A stretch of 64,000 nt of DNA from Takakia lepidozioides (lineage: Eukaryota > Plantae > Bryophyta), in the NCBI GenBank assembly GCA_030704615.1, contig CM060734.1, positions 41,540,001 through 41,604,000 of the forward strand, given 5' to 3'. Below, piece by piece: positions 41,001-52,292 of the stretch. Made by a program: the position numbers and the translations under genes. Position 1 is the stretch's first letter. Each line of letters starts with the position of its first letter. The notes under the pieces were generated by a model. That model was not told where the DNA came from. It did no database searches and worked only from the letters and a program-made list of their open reading frames with translations.

Positions 41001-44000
41001 GGCATTGGGGCGGTCCAGGGTGGGCTCCCACAACCTAGGATAGAGACTGGCAGATGGGAAAACCTGCAACGGGAGGACCGCCTAATCCGTGGGAGATTCC
41101 ACTGTCTATTCCGCAGAACCCAATCTCTCACTGAAGTCATCCACTATGAGGATCAGAAATGCTTGGCAGCTTACCTGAGAGAATCACCCTAAGAGAATCA
41201 TTCGAGCAATAGTTTTTATTTTTGGCTCTGGTTTTGTTTCCTCTCTCATGTTTTCTTGCATTTTGTCCCATAAGCTCTATGAGCTTTCCGCGGACATTAT
41301 AAAGCACCATTCCATTTCATTTCTTGTTTCTTGCTTTCCTTTTGTCCCAAGCTCTTTGAGCTTTCTGCAGACGTTCTAAAGTTCCATTTTCATTTCATTT
41401 CTTTTGTCCCGTAAACTCTTTGAGCTTTCTGCGGACGTTATAAAGTTCCATTTCATTTCATTTCATTTCTTCCATTTTTTCTGTATCGAGTTTCAGAGGT
41501 TTTACTAAGTCTGATGCTCTATTGGTCCTCTCTAGGCTTCCCAAATCTCTTTTCTGCTATCTATGGTTCTTGCAGAACCATCCTCAGTTAGCCTTTAGTA
41601 TGGCCACTGCTTCCCCTTTAAACCCTCCGCATCAAGCGTGGGGTATATGGCAATCAAAGTCTGATATCTACATGATTTGTGCTGCTCTGTAGGTTGTTGC
41701 ATATCTAAGACTTGAATGACTTACCTCTCCCAATCGTTATTAGCTTGCTTATGCCCAGTGTATGTGGCCATGAATGTCCCCGCGGCCCATTCAGCTTGAA
41801 TCTGCCCAAAACTACCAGTTAGTCCCTAGTGGATTGCATAAAAAGACACATTCATAAACAACCAAGTGAATCTACGAAAAACAACAAGCATCTATGGAAG
41901 CTGAACAGGATCAACACAGTCAGTCCCTCAGAAAAGGTAATGGCCATAGCAGACTACCTACTTCCTCAACCAAATTCTGCAAGGTATAATCCCTCTCCAC
42001 CCTCTTTTCCACCATCAAAACCACATGGATCCACGGGCAGAGGGTTACAATGTGCAAAGTTTAAGATGTATGTCAAACATCCCTCTCTCCTCCCTCATAA
42101 CCATCGTTGCCATTCATCCAAACTTACTCATCATCGTTGTTTATTGCTCTGCGAGCACTTCCAGCCCGTTGACTATCATACTCCACCTGTATCAGAAACA
42201 ACAAGCCATCACTTTCTCCAGATGAGCAGGAACTTGTATGACAAATAAACCAGTCATATGACCTCCTTGGAGTAAGCCCTGTGCTCCCTCCTCAAGTCTT
42301 ATTAGAGTGAAGAGCTGTGTTAACTAACAGAACCGACCAATCAATGAACTTAAGATGTGCTTTTGTCACAGGGAATCTATTTTGTCTCAGCTCCTTCAGC
42401 CATGTTGAATGCACTTCTCTTGTGTGCTCCCCGGGACACGAATGAGTGATCTTAGAGCTAGGGTTCAAACTTGAAAATACCCAACAGCATACTCCTAATT
42501 GACACAATAACCATAGTCTGGTCCATACCGTCCATCAGAAAACAGACAATGATTGATGTTGGACTCAGTAATGATGAAGCTGAAGAGATTAATCACAATA
42601 GTAGAAACCAGTAGGGAAGAGAAAGACAAGTGCTACCTCTTCCTTTGCATGCTGGAGAGCAGATATCCATTTCTCAACTTCCTCCGCACTGGTGCATGCA
42701 AACTTGGCACAAAGAGTGAGAGAAACACTATCAGCAAGCATACAACACCCTGATTGTGAATTTTGCTGACTGGCATCAGGAGTAGAGCGGACAAAATATA
42801 CTCGATAGACTTTTCCTTCAGTAACCTTCTGTCCAGACACCTCACATGTCTGGGCACAGCAGAATGTGGGGGAGGCAGAGAGCAGAGGAGAAGTACATAG
42901 AAACTGTGTCCAAAGTTATCAGACAACATGTACAGAAGGATATACAGAGTAGCGGCGAGGGGAAGAACCAGTACCTCTCCTTGCCTGCTGTGGTCCAGGC
43001 GGCTGTAGATCTTCAAGACATACAGAGCCTGTAGCACAGAAACTGATTTGCCATGATAAACGGGGATGCATTTAAAATGCCTAAGGCAGCAGACTACGTT
43101 TATGAGAAAAGACAGGGCACTTAAATATCAGTGCGATCGTCCAAATTGTTAGGTACATTTCATTCCCTGACAGGGAAAAGGCCAGAAGACTTTAAGGCCA
43201 GTTTCCATACCATTCTGAGATAGTGCAGACACCCAATTTCCATGTAGTAAAGATGACAACAGAGAGAAAGAGAAGACTGGGAAGGTGCGACGTCTCTTTA
43301 ACAATAACATGTAAGCATTAATCATGAAGAACGCTACCCTGCCATGGTAGATTTGCCGACCAACTTCCTCCACCATCAAGTGTTGCCCAGCGATTCCATT
43401 CCTGATTGGGAGCTGCAACCGACAATCACACCAACATTTCCAACAAAAGGTATGCATTGGCTATGATACATAACCCCTCTTTGGGACTGGCATTGCAATA
43501 TTCATTTATCCACAGATATTGATACCAGACATAGCTGGAAACAGTCTATCCACACCTATAAAATTGGGATAATGGTGCATTGTTTTGACAGTATTGAATC
43601 CGTGGCAAACCTTCTCCTGCCAAATTGTTGAGAACAGTCTAAGCTCTCAAAGAGGTTGTTGCATCAGAGCCCTCTTCCATGATGTGGTTGGCCATCATAA
43701 TGAAGAAATCAAGTGGAAAAAAACGAGGTTACTAATAACTACGAACTGGTGCATTGAGAAGCAGTCACTTGTGACAGAGGACTGTAGTAATGAACGGAGA
43801 ACTAGAGAATCAAGTGTGGCCAGAAAACCACCGAACTAGTGGAGGGACAACCACTTCTTCCTCCTCTAAGAGACCAGGGAAAGAGGTTCAGAATGAAGGA
43901 GTGGAGTTTAGGGCTCACTGTTCGGGGATACTCGTGAGGGTCGCGCTTGAACATTGAAATGAACTTTCCCTTTATGACCAAGAAGCGGGCACGGCAGTAT

Positions 44001-44092
44001 TGGTATCCTACAGAGTTAGTTCCCACGTGGTACACCCATCCTGCGTAGGCTGGAATGCCCCTATCTACTGCCCTGTCTGATCCAATTGTCAT
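23095..44092 (-). CDS. EDR2-like PH-START-DUF1336 (EDR2_C) lipid-binding protein, 22 exons, ~754 aa
   Basis: Exons: 44092-43919, 43412-43338, 43028-42975, 42702-42637, 42186-42128, 41801-41725, 39165-39028, 38743-38709, 38519-38413, 38117-38022, 36505-36441, 33846-33775, 33646-33476, 32920-32673, 32218-32152, 29190-29015, 28786-28685, 27409-27362, 27042-26899, 26193-26098, 24581-24480, 23187-23095. All GT-AG and phase-consistent, 2265 nt. PH (GWVYHVGTNSVGYQYCRARFL), START (NGLRIFED, MKAVGVV, VEQIDGHTDIVY, SRYWRRDQDGSY), C-terminal domain (GFMVRSRTY, LLAVDWFK, FKLIPSIVEGYWVVKRAVGTKACLLG, IDVDIGSSSVA, ELPEYLLGTVRL). Confidence 0.93.
23345..24205 (-). mobile_element. LINE family A decayed 3' fragment(s)
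   Basis: PLQTEALFRLTIFL, RDDRILRPNYLSA and HNLRIETGRW remnants, plus 3'UTR and GAAAT tails. Confidence 0.85.
24776..24920 (-). mobile_element. LINE family A 3'UTR-only copy
   Basis: GAAATGAAATG...AAGCTCAAAGAGCTTATGGGAC...CCCAAAAGTAACTACTGCTCAAGG. Confidence 0.75.
25310..25752 (+). mobile_element. Cluster of family A 3'UTR-only copies
   Basis: Repeated CCCATAAGCTCTTTGAGCTTTCCGCGGACGTTATAAAGTACCATTTCATTTC-like units. Confidence 0.8.
27480..28355 (-). mobile_element. LINE family A decayed fragment
   Basis: KQDRNRCIRREVMEVHVRRTW, GRFRVSSRGLQIETGRW, 3'UTR and GAAAT tails. Confidence 0.85.
29460..29710 (+). mobile_element. LINE family B decayed 3' fragment
   Basis: GDCQCPM*GWPEDTIHF remnant and TATGGCCACAAGGCTA motif. 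Confidence 0.5.
29881..31352 (+). mobile_element. RTE/RTEX-like LINE (family A), 5'-truncated, with RT domain, in an EDR2-like intron
   Basis: VKQGCPLSPTLFGIYID, LLYADDVALL, VNLSKTKIMVF, YLGL and FRVGSHNLRIETGRW, broken by frameshifts. Ends in a (CATTT)n tail. Confidence 0.9.
33020..33340 (-). mobile_element. LINE family A 3' end
   Basis: SLTEVFHYKDQKCLAAYLHE plus 3'UTR and tail. Confidence 0.8.
33996..34680 (-). mobile_element. LINE family A 3' fragments stacked head-to-tail
   Basis: Same C-terminal ORF and 3'UTR. GAAAT tails at ~34000 and ~34160. Confidence 0.85.
34836..35975 (-). mobile_element. LINE family A, 5'-truncated copy with an uninterrupted C-terminal ORF
   Basis: Open frame YLGLVIH...GRFRVGSHNLRIETGRW..LCPAC..ETEEHFFFYCPLY (CCHC-like), then 3'UTR and (CATTT)n tail. 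Confidence 0.9.
35980..36345 (-). mobile_element. LINE family A short and rearranged fragments
   Basis: 3'UTR motif, ORF remnants (RPNYLSA..LLRALGR) and GAAAT tails. Confidence 0.75.
37115..37950 (-). mobile_element. LINE family B 3' fragments
   Basis: The minus strand encodes GDCKCLLCGQPEENIHFLIHCP (zinc-knuckle-like), followed by a distinct 3' sequence that recurs at 22365-22510, 29460-29710, 31370-31435, 39560-39602 and 48425-48710. Confidence 0.65.
39270..41470 (+). mobile_element. LINE family A composite: old fragment, younger 5'-truncated copy with internal tandem duplication, and three 3'UTR tails
   Basis: KGKAASIRLQAKCKQIHLRHPP..., a duplicated 3' ORF segment and (CATTT)n tails at 41300-41470. 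Confidence 0.88.
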
Positions 44093-45929
44093 ATCTCTGC
44101 CTCAGTTCCTGTCTATTTCAAATTGTCCACCGTTGCCGACCTATCTCTGTGTGTCCAAAGTCTCTTCCTGCCGTGACAGCTATGTTCATCCAGCGTCGCT
44201 CCCAGCTTTCCCCACCTTCCTCAATTTACCATTTCTTTCACATCTACAGCAGTCGAAAGTCCTTCTCTTGATTACCCCGGACCGTCCAGTTTCTCAACAT
44301 ATCATAAGCTGAGTCTCTACTCAAATAAGGACTGGCCTCAATATGCACATCTGTCTGTTTGCTTCGTCATCATGGTGACCACTCCTGCTCAATGTCGTGA
44401 ATTCGTTCCACCACCGTAGGAGTGACAATCAGGCCTCAAGAATAGAGTATCTAGAAAGGCAAGAGTGAAAAACAAATAAAACAGACGGAACACAACAATG
44501 CATGACATGAGACGAGAGATCCCGCACAGACAGTGGGGAACGACTAGTAAGATACCACTAGATCTACTGAAACACACAGCGATGGAGCAATACAGCGAAT
44601 CCGCGACTAAGAGTTCATAAAATTACCAGATTCATAATATGTGCGCGAGGAAAAAACATCGATGTGATTGCGGAATCAGATTACATCTCCATAGCTCTAA
44701 TTAATTGAAATTCCTAGGAAAATTGCATTCGAGCAGACTACGACATCGAAACCAAACCATTGGAGCCAAGCAATTCACAAGCAATTAGTAATCCTGCGGG
44801 ACCTAACTGAGCTCTGGCACTCTCAATCCAAAAACTGAACACCTACCATATACGCCTTCCCTCGTCCTGCTCGTCCTGTCCCGTCCGTAATGTGATCCCA
44901 CGCCTGCTCGCTCACTCTGCGTGCAACCTCGTGCTCTCATAGATCATCATCCACCTGCTCCCTGCACCATCCTCTGACGCTGCAGCTAATGCAGTGTCGG
45001 GCGATGCGCGGGAGAAGACCACACCAACTCTATATGCTAACTGGCCCATCCGGTTAACTCTGTCTACTTTATGACCGGTTGCCTCCATCCTCTACTTTAC
45101 TCTTCGACGACAAGATCCACTAGATACTAGTTAACCGGCATTCTCCGGTTGATATGGATTCACTGATCAATCTAATTTGTCGGTGGGGGTCAGTCCATCG
45201 TTGAGCTGTTCCGGGAGAAACGATCTGCGTTGGTTTGAAGTTTGAACCCAGGGTGGCCCAGTGATTGGATAAACCCTAAGAAAGAAGGGGCCAGTGCAGA
45301 TCGTAAGGGCAGCAACCCAATGATCTGCGGATGGATTCAATCCAAATTTAGCAGGCCTTTCCAAACGGACTAGTGTTTTGAAGCAAGCGCAGACAGTGCG
45401 GGAAAGTGGAAGTGCTGGACCCCTCCGAATCACCACAATGGAGGTACTTTCTTGTCCAAAATATCTGAAACCTTTGGAGAAGGTGGCTGAGTCATCATGT
45501 GTAATGTGGAATGTGGACTGTTGGGTCCATAACTGGGCCATGAAATTCTTTTTCTCCGCAGAAAGGGCCTTGACGGCTGATTACAAAGGGAATCAGCCCC
45601 GTCGGAAAGAAGAAGATAAAGATAAAAATAACGTTTCTTTAACGTCCAGCGAATTGTAAGAAATTATAGGATTCAGATTCCTAGGCAAATCAGGTGACTG
45701 TAGAGAGGATGTAAGTACTATGGAATGGGCCCCAACACTGATGCCATTGTGGCGGGTAAGGTAGGGCCAGGTGGCCAGCCGAAGGGCGAGGTGCCGCCGA
45801 AACTGCCATAATGGCATGTGGAGGGCCATTCCATAGCGTTAAGGCTTGCGTCTGCTGGCCTTTCATTACAATTCTGCTTTTTAGTCCTCCTCCAAATCGC
45901 CATACTTAGGCAGGCAACGATTCTAGGAA

Positions 45930-45995
45930 CATGATGCACATCAGCTGGTAAGTGCACAGTGTGTCGCCCTGGTGGTTCGGGGTTCAAACCCGCTG
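45930..45995 (+). other. Degenerate tRNA-derived SINE head
   Basis: TCAGCTGGTAAG...GGTTCAAACCC boxes. A related partial copy lies at ~46235-46280. Confidence 0.4.
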
Positions 45996-46299
45996 CCCTG
46001 CCTGGTGGGTGGATTGTTCGTAACCGGCTGGTCTGGTGGTGACGTTTCCCACCTGTGTGCCTAATGGCTTATCTGAAAGGGGGTTAATTTTTCCCCCTCC
46101 TCAAGGGCCTGAATTGGGAGCAGTCGCTCCCAGGTTTCCTTTTCATAAATAAATTGTTTTATAAAAAAAAACATGATTCTAGGATCAAATTTTATAGATC
46201 TTCGAATTCTATTACTATTTATAAAATAAATTGGAGGCACATCAGCTCGGAAGTGCAGTGTGTTGCCTTGATGGTTCGGGCCCTTGAGGAGGGAAAATT

Positions 46300-46700
46300 T
46301 CAATTCAGCGGGTTTTTATGTTTTCAATTTGTGATCATTATTTTTAGTTGCCTATTTTGAAAGATTACACATCCAAGCAGAGCTTTTTTTTTAAATTTGG
46401 AAAATAGCACGAGTGGCTACAGAGTTTTGCAAAAATTAGGCATATATTCATATCATCCATATTTGGCGAATTCATCCATTATTATTTTTGTTTTTTTGGA
46501 GAAATTTGGCGATTTCATCCATGAAAAAACATGGAATTTGCTACGGAATATTCTTTTCTATTTTTTGAGGTCGCCATTCGGCGAAAATTCGATAAGAAAA
46601 AAACGCTGCATCCAAGATGCCTAATTTAAAAACAATTCTTTTTTTTCCCGCAGAAATTTCTGAAAAGTGCCTAACTTCCAAATGGCCCCAAAAATAATGA
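46300..46700 (-). mobile_element. Fragment of the 63393-63888 MITE family
   Basis: The reverse complement matches ~63435-63550 (CTTGGATGTGTAA..TTTCAAA.TAGGCAACTAAAA.TAATGATCACAAA). Confidence 0.7.
46378..46608. mobile_element. hAT-type MITE nested inside another MITE
   Basis: CAG...CTG termini with imperfect TIRs and a perfect 8-bp TSD, CATCCAAG (46370-46377 and 46609-46616). Confidence 0.8.
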
Positions 46701-47479
46701 AAGGGAGTTGATTTTCCCCCTCCATAAGTGCCGGAATTGTGTGGGCTGTCGCTCCCAACTTTCCTTTTCTCAAAAAATTAAAAAAAAAAAATTTTGATAC
46801 AGTTATAATTACCAAAGGGACGCAGGCTAGCAGTGAGGCCTGTGGTATAGTAATGTTCAATCTATGACATCCATCCTCATACGACGTTAGTTCTCAATAG
46901 GTAGTAAATAATAATAACAACAATATGGCCTCCGACTTCGGATGCCACCGTGCGAGGTCCCAGCCTTTATGACAAGGCAGGATCAGTAAAAAGCTGGGTG
47001 AAAAAAGCTGTAAGTCAGTCATGATTCTGACGAAACAATAGTCTTTGGTATTGCCCTTGCAGACGTGGATTCTTTTTACTATAGTAATATTGTGATCCAA
47101 TCTGACAGGGAGTCCGTGGCAGCAGCCAATGGTGGGTTCGGAATTATAATATATAGGTGGTAGAGTGTTTTTCTTTGGTATGAATGTGGGCAAGGGATCG
47201 AAAGGATGGATGTGAACGTGCACTGGATGTGGGTGGGAGTTGACGTCCGCGCAGACGACCGACCACGGATTAGTATGACCGACCAGAGTTCGGGAGCGTG
47301 ACGACAAGAGCGCAGCTCCACCAGACCCACCCGCCGACCAAAGTTCCCCCCGTCCCCCCCTAGTATCTATCTTACAGCAGCTTGTTTTTCCGCCCTCCTA
47401 GAGGTGGAATTCGTTTCATCGGGAGGCTAAAAGTTTAGTATGTATTTTTAAAGAAAAAGGTGGCAGGTATCCAGATGTT

Positions 47480-48125
47480 GGACGCGTGGCGCTCGATCGT
47501 TCTCTACCATTGCGCGTGATCGCTCTTCTCTCTCGCCACTCTTCTCATCTTCTCATCTTTGCCCCCTATCGCTTCTTCTTTGTTTTCAAGCCCAGTACTC
47601 CTCCTCTCTCCCATCCTCTTTGTCGATCAGGTTTCGCTTACCTTGTTTTCGTTGATCTCTTGTCAGCTCTAGTTAGATCTAGTCTTGCCTAATTTGCTCG
47701 TGATGGTGAAGCGGGGGGTGCTGTACGGTGTGTGAAATCTGTCAACAGCTCTACCAAAGTGGATATACATGTATATCCACTTTCGTAGAGCAGTTGAAAA
47801 ACCGTATCACAGGCCTAAGTTGTAATTGGAAATCACTCTCAAAGTGATTGCTGCCCAGTGGGGTAATATGTGAATCCTTTTGCTAGCCTTCTCTTGGAAC
47901 TTGAAGGCACGATATCGGAGTCAAGTCGAAGGCGAATTTATCTAGATATAATGTAGAAAGCGATACACACTAGCATCAATCTCAGCTTCCCGGCCAACAA
48001 TTTGACCCCGACAGGGCCAGGGCTTAAGGGAACAGTCACTGGTCGGTGAGACTCAGGTATTAAGGGTCCTTAGATACTAAGATTACACCTTCACTTCATT
48101 GAGGAAGTAATACCATTTCTATGGA
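47480..48125 (+). repeat. Local segmental duplication, copy 1 (paralogues at 49980-50430 and 55912-56210)
   Basis: Copies 1 and 2 share TTCAAGCCCAGTACTCCTC..GTCGATCAGGTTT. All three share the hairpin and GCTGCCCAGTGGGGTAA..GAATCCTTTTGCTAGCCTTCTCTTGG. 48066-48124 matches 56153-56210. Confidence 0.9.
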
Positions 48126-48424
48126 GGGGGGCTGTTTGTGGAGGGGTGTCACGGGGCGTCCAGGCCACACGGCTAGGGCAGCAAAGTTTATTGTTGAGAC
48201 GTGGTAACTAAGAGCCAACAGGACCACGAAAAATAGGGGAGAGGATGTACTCCCGCCTCCTGCCGCTAAACGCCACAATCAGGTCAGACAAAGCAAAAGT
48301 GGCAAGACAGGCTGATCCGAAAGAGAGAGCCTGTACAATTAACCACTTCCTGGCAATTTTGGCTATGACATTACCTTCACGGATACTGACCCTCCTGAGC
48401 CAAAAAAAAGAACGAAAGAAAAAG

Positions 48425-48710
48425 ACGCTGTTTCCTGTGGCCTTGTGGCCATAGATCCCAGAACCCAGTATGGGCAGAACAAAAGGGAACAGACACTACC
48501 TCTGTGAGGCGCTCACTCCGGTAGTGTGACAATTAGTTCCGGTTTTCCAGATATCCTCTAGAAAGCCAATATTCACAGAGCTGCCCAGCAAATAGACCCC
48601 AACAGGGCTAGGGCGCGGCTACTCTCTGGTGTGAATATCCCGGACCATGTTTCAGAAAATGCATTTTGTCTTAAGGCTGCCCGCACATCGGGCAATTACA
48701 ATCTCCAAGG
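48425..48710 (-). mobile_element. LINE family B 3' fragment
   Basis: GDCNCPMCGQP*DKMHFLKHGPGYSHQR remnant plus the family B 3' sequence. Confidence 0.6.
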
Positions 48711-50177
48711 GAGAGAGACAGAGAAAGTCACTTGCTAAAGGCAATGCATTTACCGACCCCTTACCAGTCTGATGCAGCCTAGAAAGTAATCGTGAGCTGA
48801 TCAACATTATGGAAAGAGATTCGAGCGTCACTCACCACGAAGTACTGGAGCACCACACATGATCTCATATTTGGCAAGCGTCTCAGTCTCTTTGTATGTG
48901 TTCGGTCCTGATCCTCTAGATTCCCGCCGTCTAATCTCCAGCTCCATATGCTTTATTTTGATCCGCACAAGCAAGAAATAAATTTTGCCAACAATAACAT
49001 CCTTCAAGTGGTACCTGCACCCATAGTGACAGCTTTACACAGTAGACGGTACATTTCTGTGGCCTGTTGTAGTTCTAGGTTGGTGATGTTAACTTTAGAA
49101 GGGTCTGGTTTCAGAAAAGCCGCGAGGAATTTATTGTCAGTTTTTGGTGCCTCCCCATTGTTTTCTTGGGTGATCCTACATATTTTTCCATCAAATAACT
49201 CTTTGGAAGGGATCTCTTCAAGCCTGAGGCCTTGACTAGCAATTCTAACCTAACCACCCACCGGAACCCCCACTTTGTACGGCCTCATTTGGCAATCTCT
49301 ACGTGACAGTTTTACAGGACCTAATTAAATGACCCATGGTCAAATAGGGGGAGAAGAGAAGAGTGGAGTCGAACGGGGATGCAAGATCCTTCAATGGAGT
49401 GTGATCCAACAATACCTGATCCATCCCCCAATGTTTTGCAGCAATCATTTTTGGGCTTTAAGCATAGTCAGCAAAATCAGATTGTTCTTTCGCTGGCTCT
49501 CTTGTCAGAAGGCTAGGGCAGGAAGCATCCGATTGATCTCTCTGCCTCCCTATCCACTCTATTTTTCCTCCACATTATGTTGGACCAAAATATGCCACAT
49601 CAGATGGCCAAAGTGATTGTGATCACACATTGATTGGTCACCAAGAAACAATTCAGTTCTGATCAGTGCTATCTTCACCCCGTGATCATCTGGCATTCAG
49701 AATCTGCCATGTATAAACCACTCTAGATTTGAGATCTTCATCTTTCCCTCCATACTACCACACCCTTTCTCCTCAACCGCCCGATCGGCGGATTGAGACC
49801 CGATGGTCATGTGGGCGAGGGACGATTGAAGCCTGGTAATTCAAGGCCTCTGATCGGTCCATCGTGTGGCATCTGCGATGACACTTGTAAACAGCCGGTC
49901 AAAAAGATGCTGAGACGGGCAAAAGCAAGAACTCTAGTTACTATCAGAGCAAAAAGGTGGAACGTATCCGGAAGGTATGGACACGTGGCGCTCGACGGTT
50001 TTCTGCCACAAGCGTGATCGCTCGCCACTTCAAGCCCAGTACTCCTCTCTCCCATCCTCTTTGTCGATCAGGTTTCCCTTGCCCTGTTTTCGTTGATCTC
50101 TTTCCAGCTCTAGTACTTAGATCTAGTCTTGCCTAATTTGCTCGTGATGGTGAAGCGGGGGTGCTGCTCGGGTGCTG

Positions 50178-50269
50178 TACGGTGTGTGAAATCTGTCAAC
50201 AGCTCTAAGAAAGTGGATATACATGTATATCCACTTTCGTAGAGCAGTTGACAAATTTCACAGACCGTA
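50178..50269. repeat. 92-nt near-perfect palindrome (foldback), TA-bounded
   Basis: TACGGTGTGTGAAATCTGTCAACAGCTCTAAGAAAGTGGATATACA|TGTATATCCACTTTCGTAGAGCAGTTGACAAATTTCACAGACCGTA. Homologues at 47724-47806 and 55939-56054. Confidence 0.9.
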
Positions 50270-52292
50270 TCACAGGCCCAAGTTGTAATTGGAAATCAAT
50301 CTCAAAGTGAATGCTGCCCAGTGGGGTAATATGTGAATCCTTTTGCTAGCCTTCTCTTGGAACTTGAACGCACGGAGGGCGAATTTATCTAGATATAATG
50401 TAGAAAGCGCTTCACAGTACATCAATCTCAGGGGGGAAAGCGACGGTGGAGAGTCTTAAGCGTGTCAAAATCCATCGTCGGAGCCTCATCTGGTTTGTTG
50501 AGGTTTGTTACATACACGCATGCCCGGGCTGGATCGAGTTTGGTTGATGGCGCCATTCTGTGTTTGTGCATAGGTTTATGAAGGCATAAGGTCGGAAACA
50601 GTGTCCCCACAGAGATTCATCGAGGTGTGGGGATTTTTCCTCAAGTGATCAGGTAAAGAACGCTGATATATGTAGATTGTGATGGATCCATGCCCATACA
50701 GGAGCACTGACTTAACAGAGACGATTGAGTTGGAGAATTTATTGATCAATTGATCAATCCATCACCATGCATTAATTAGCTCAGCTTTAAGGGTGACTGC
50801 GAGGTGACTGTCCCACTTTCTACATGACCACTATTAGTGCGTGTGGGGGACAACTTTGGTGCCCATTCTCCGATTAGAAAGTTGAAAGTCCCATGGCAAC
50901 GCCCTAGCTGTAGTTCGAACGGATCTATTTAGGTTCTGGCACTAACGGTGCCTGCCGCAATCCTCTTCCAAGGACTGATTGATTCACCCAATGGCCACCT
51001 TTAGTAACTGGGTCAGCTGTAACGGGGGTGACAGGGACTCCCTAAGCCAGGACTACTTGCAAGATGGCCTGTGCTGGCAATGCCTGAGAACTGCAACATT
51101 AAAACTCCATAACAACTTGTTTCACAAACCACAAAGTTGCCACTTGCCACCGGTGAAATCATGGGCTTGTTTCTGGGTAGTTGCGTATCACCAATGTAGT
51201 TAAACCCCTGTGCCCCTTACAACCCAAATTGTATATATGTATGCAGTAAATTCTTTCGGCACGACTTCAACAAGGCACTCCAGCAAGCTGGCGAATGTGC
51301 GACATTGACAGAAAGGACGATGAGACAGGCCCTGGAGCGTGGAAAGTGCATTTGGAACGCTGGGGGATGTGCTTCCTGTAGCTGTAAGTGCCAGGCTCAT
51401 GGAGAAGACTGATCACTGTCATAGGAGTTTTTTCCTGGGAACAAGCTCTTCGCCACCACAGCTAAAAGCTGGCCATGGCTTTTGGGCTCATTAGCATACC
51501 CCATGGGGCATCTATCCGTTTCAATCAGCAACCTCCGGGTATGTGGCAATTGCCAGTCTGCCACCAAGTTCATTTCAAGCTTGTTGGGTGAGAAATGTTA
51601 CATGGGATGCCAACCGTTGTCATCATTTCAGGGATAGAGTTTGTTCTTGTGTATAATTCATACAACTTATACGATTTTGGCAGTTGTCTCGAGTCCCTCT
51701 CACCCCAGGGTCCTCCCTGTGTCCTTCAGTCACGATGCAACAAGTGGTGGATTGCACTTCGTAAACTCACACTTGGAAATGTATGAACTGTCGATGTAGC
51801 TGTGTGTTTAGAGCACGTTTGGAAATGACTGATATGTAGGGCAAAAGCAATGATCTTAGGTAGGGAGTAACTGGAGCCAAAATCATGTTCCAGATTGTGC
51901 AAAGTTGGGTGTGCCTTCAAAACCACGGATTTTCCTCAGACAGTTGTAGTTTAGGTTGCAATTTCACAGGACTATCCCACACCATATCCTTGCCACGCAA
52001 AACAGCACCCTCCTTATTAGCTGAAGGTCTTGGAGGCATCTACAGGGAAACATTCGTACAAATCCGTTAGTATTGGCTCACACTTTGTGTGCGAGAGAGA
52101 AAGGTTCAAATGAATGTTCTCATTCGTGTACGAGGTGATGAAGCGATGAGTCTGACGTAGATCAACCGCTCCTGAGTCCTCCCTGAACTTCTGAAGCCAG
52201 AACCCTACTCTGAGAACCATCGGGCCCACTCTGCGGAAAGAAATGGTAGGGCGAGCAGGTGTCAGCAACTCACAAAAGGTAGGCCAAAAGCT

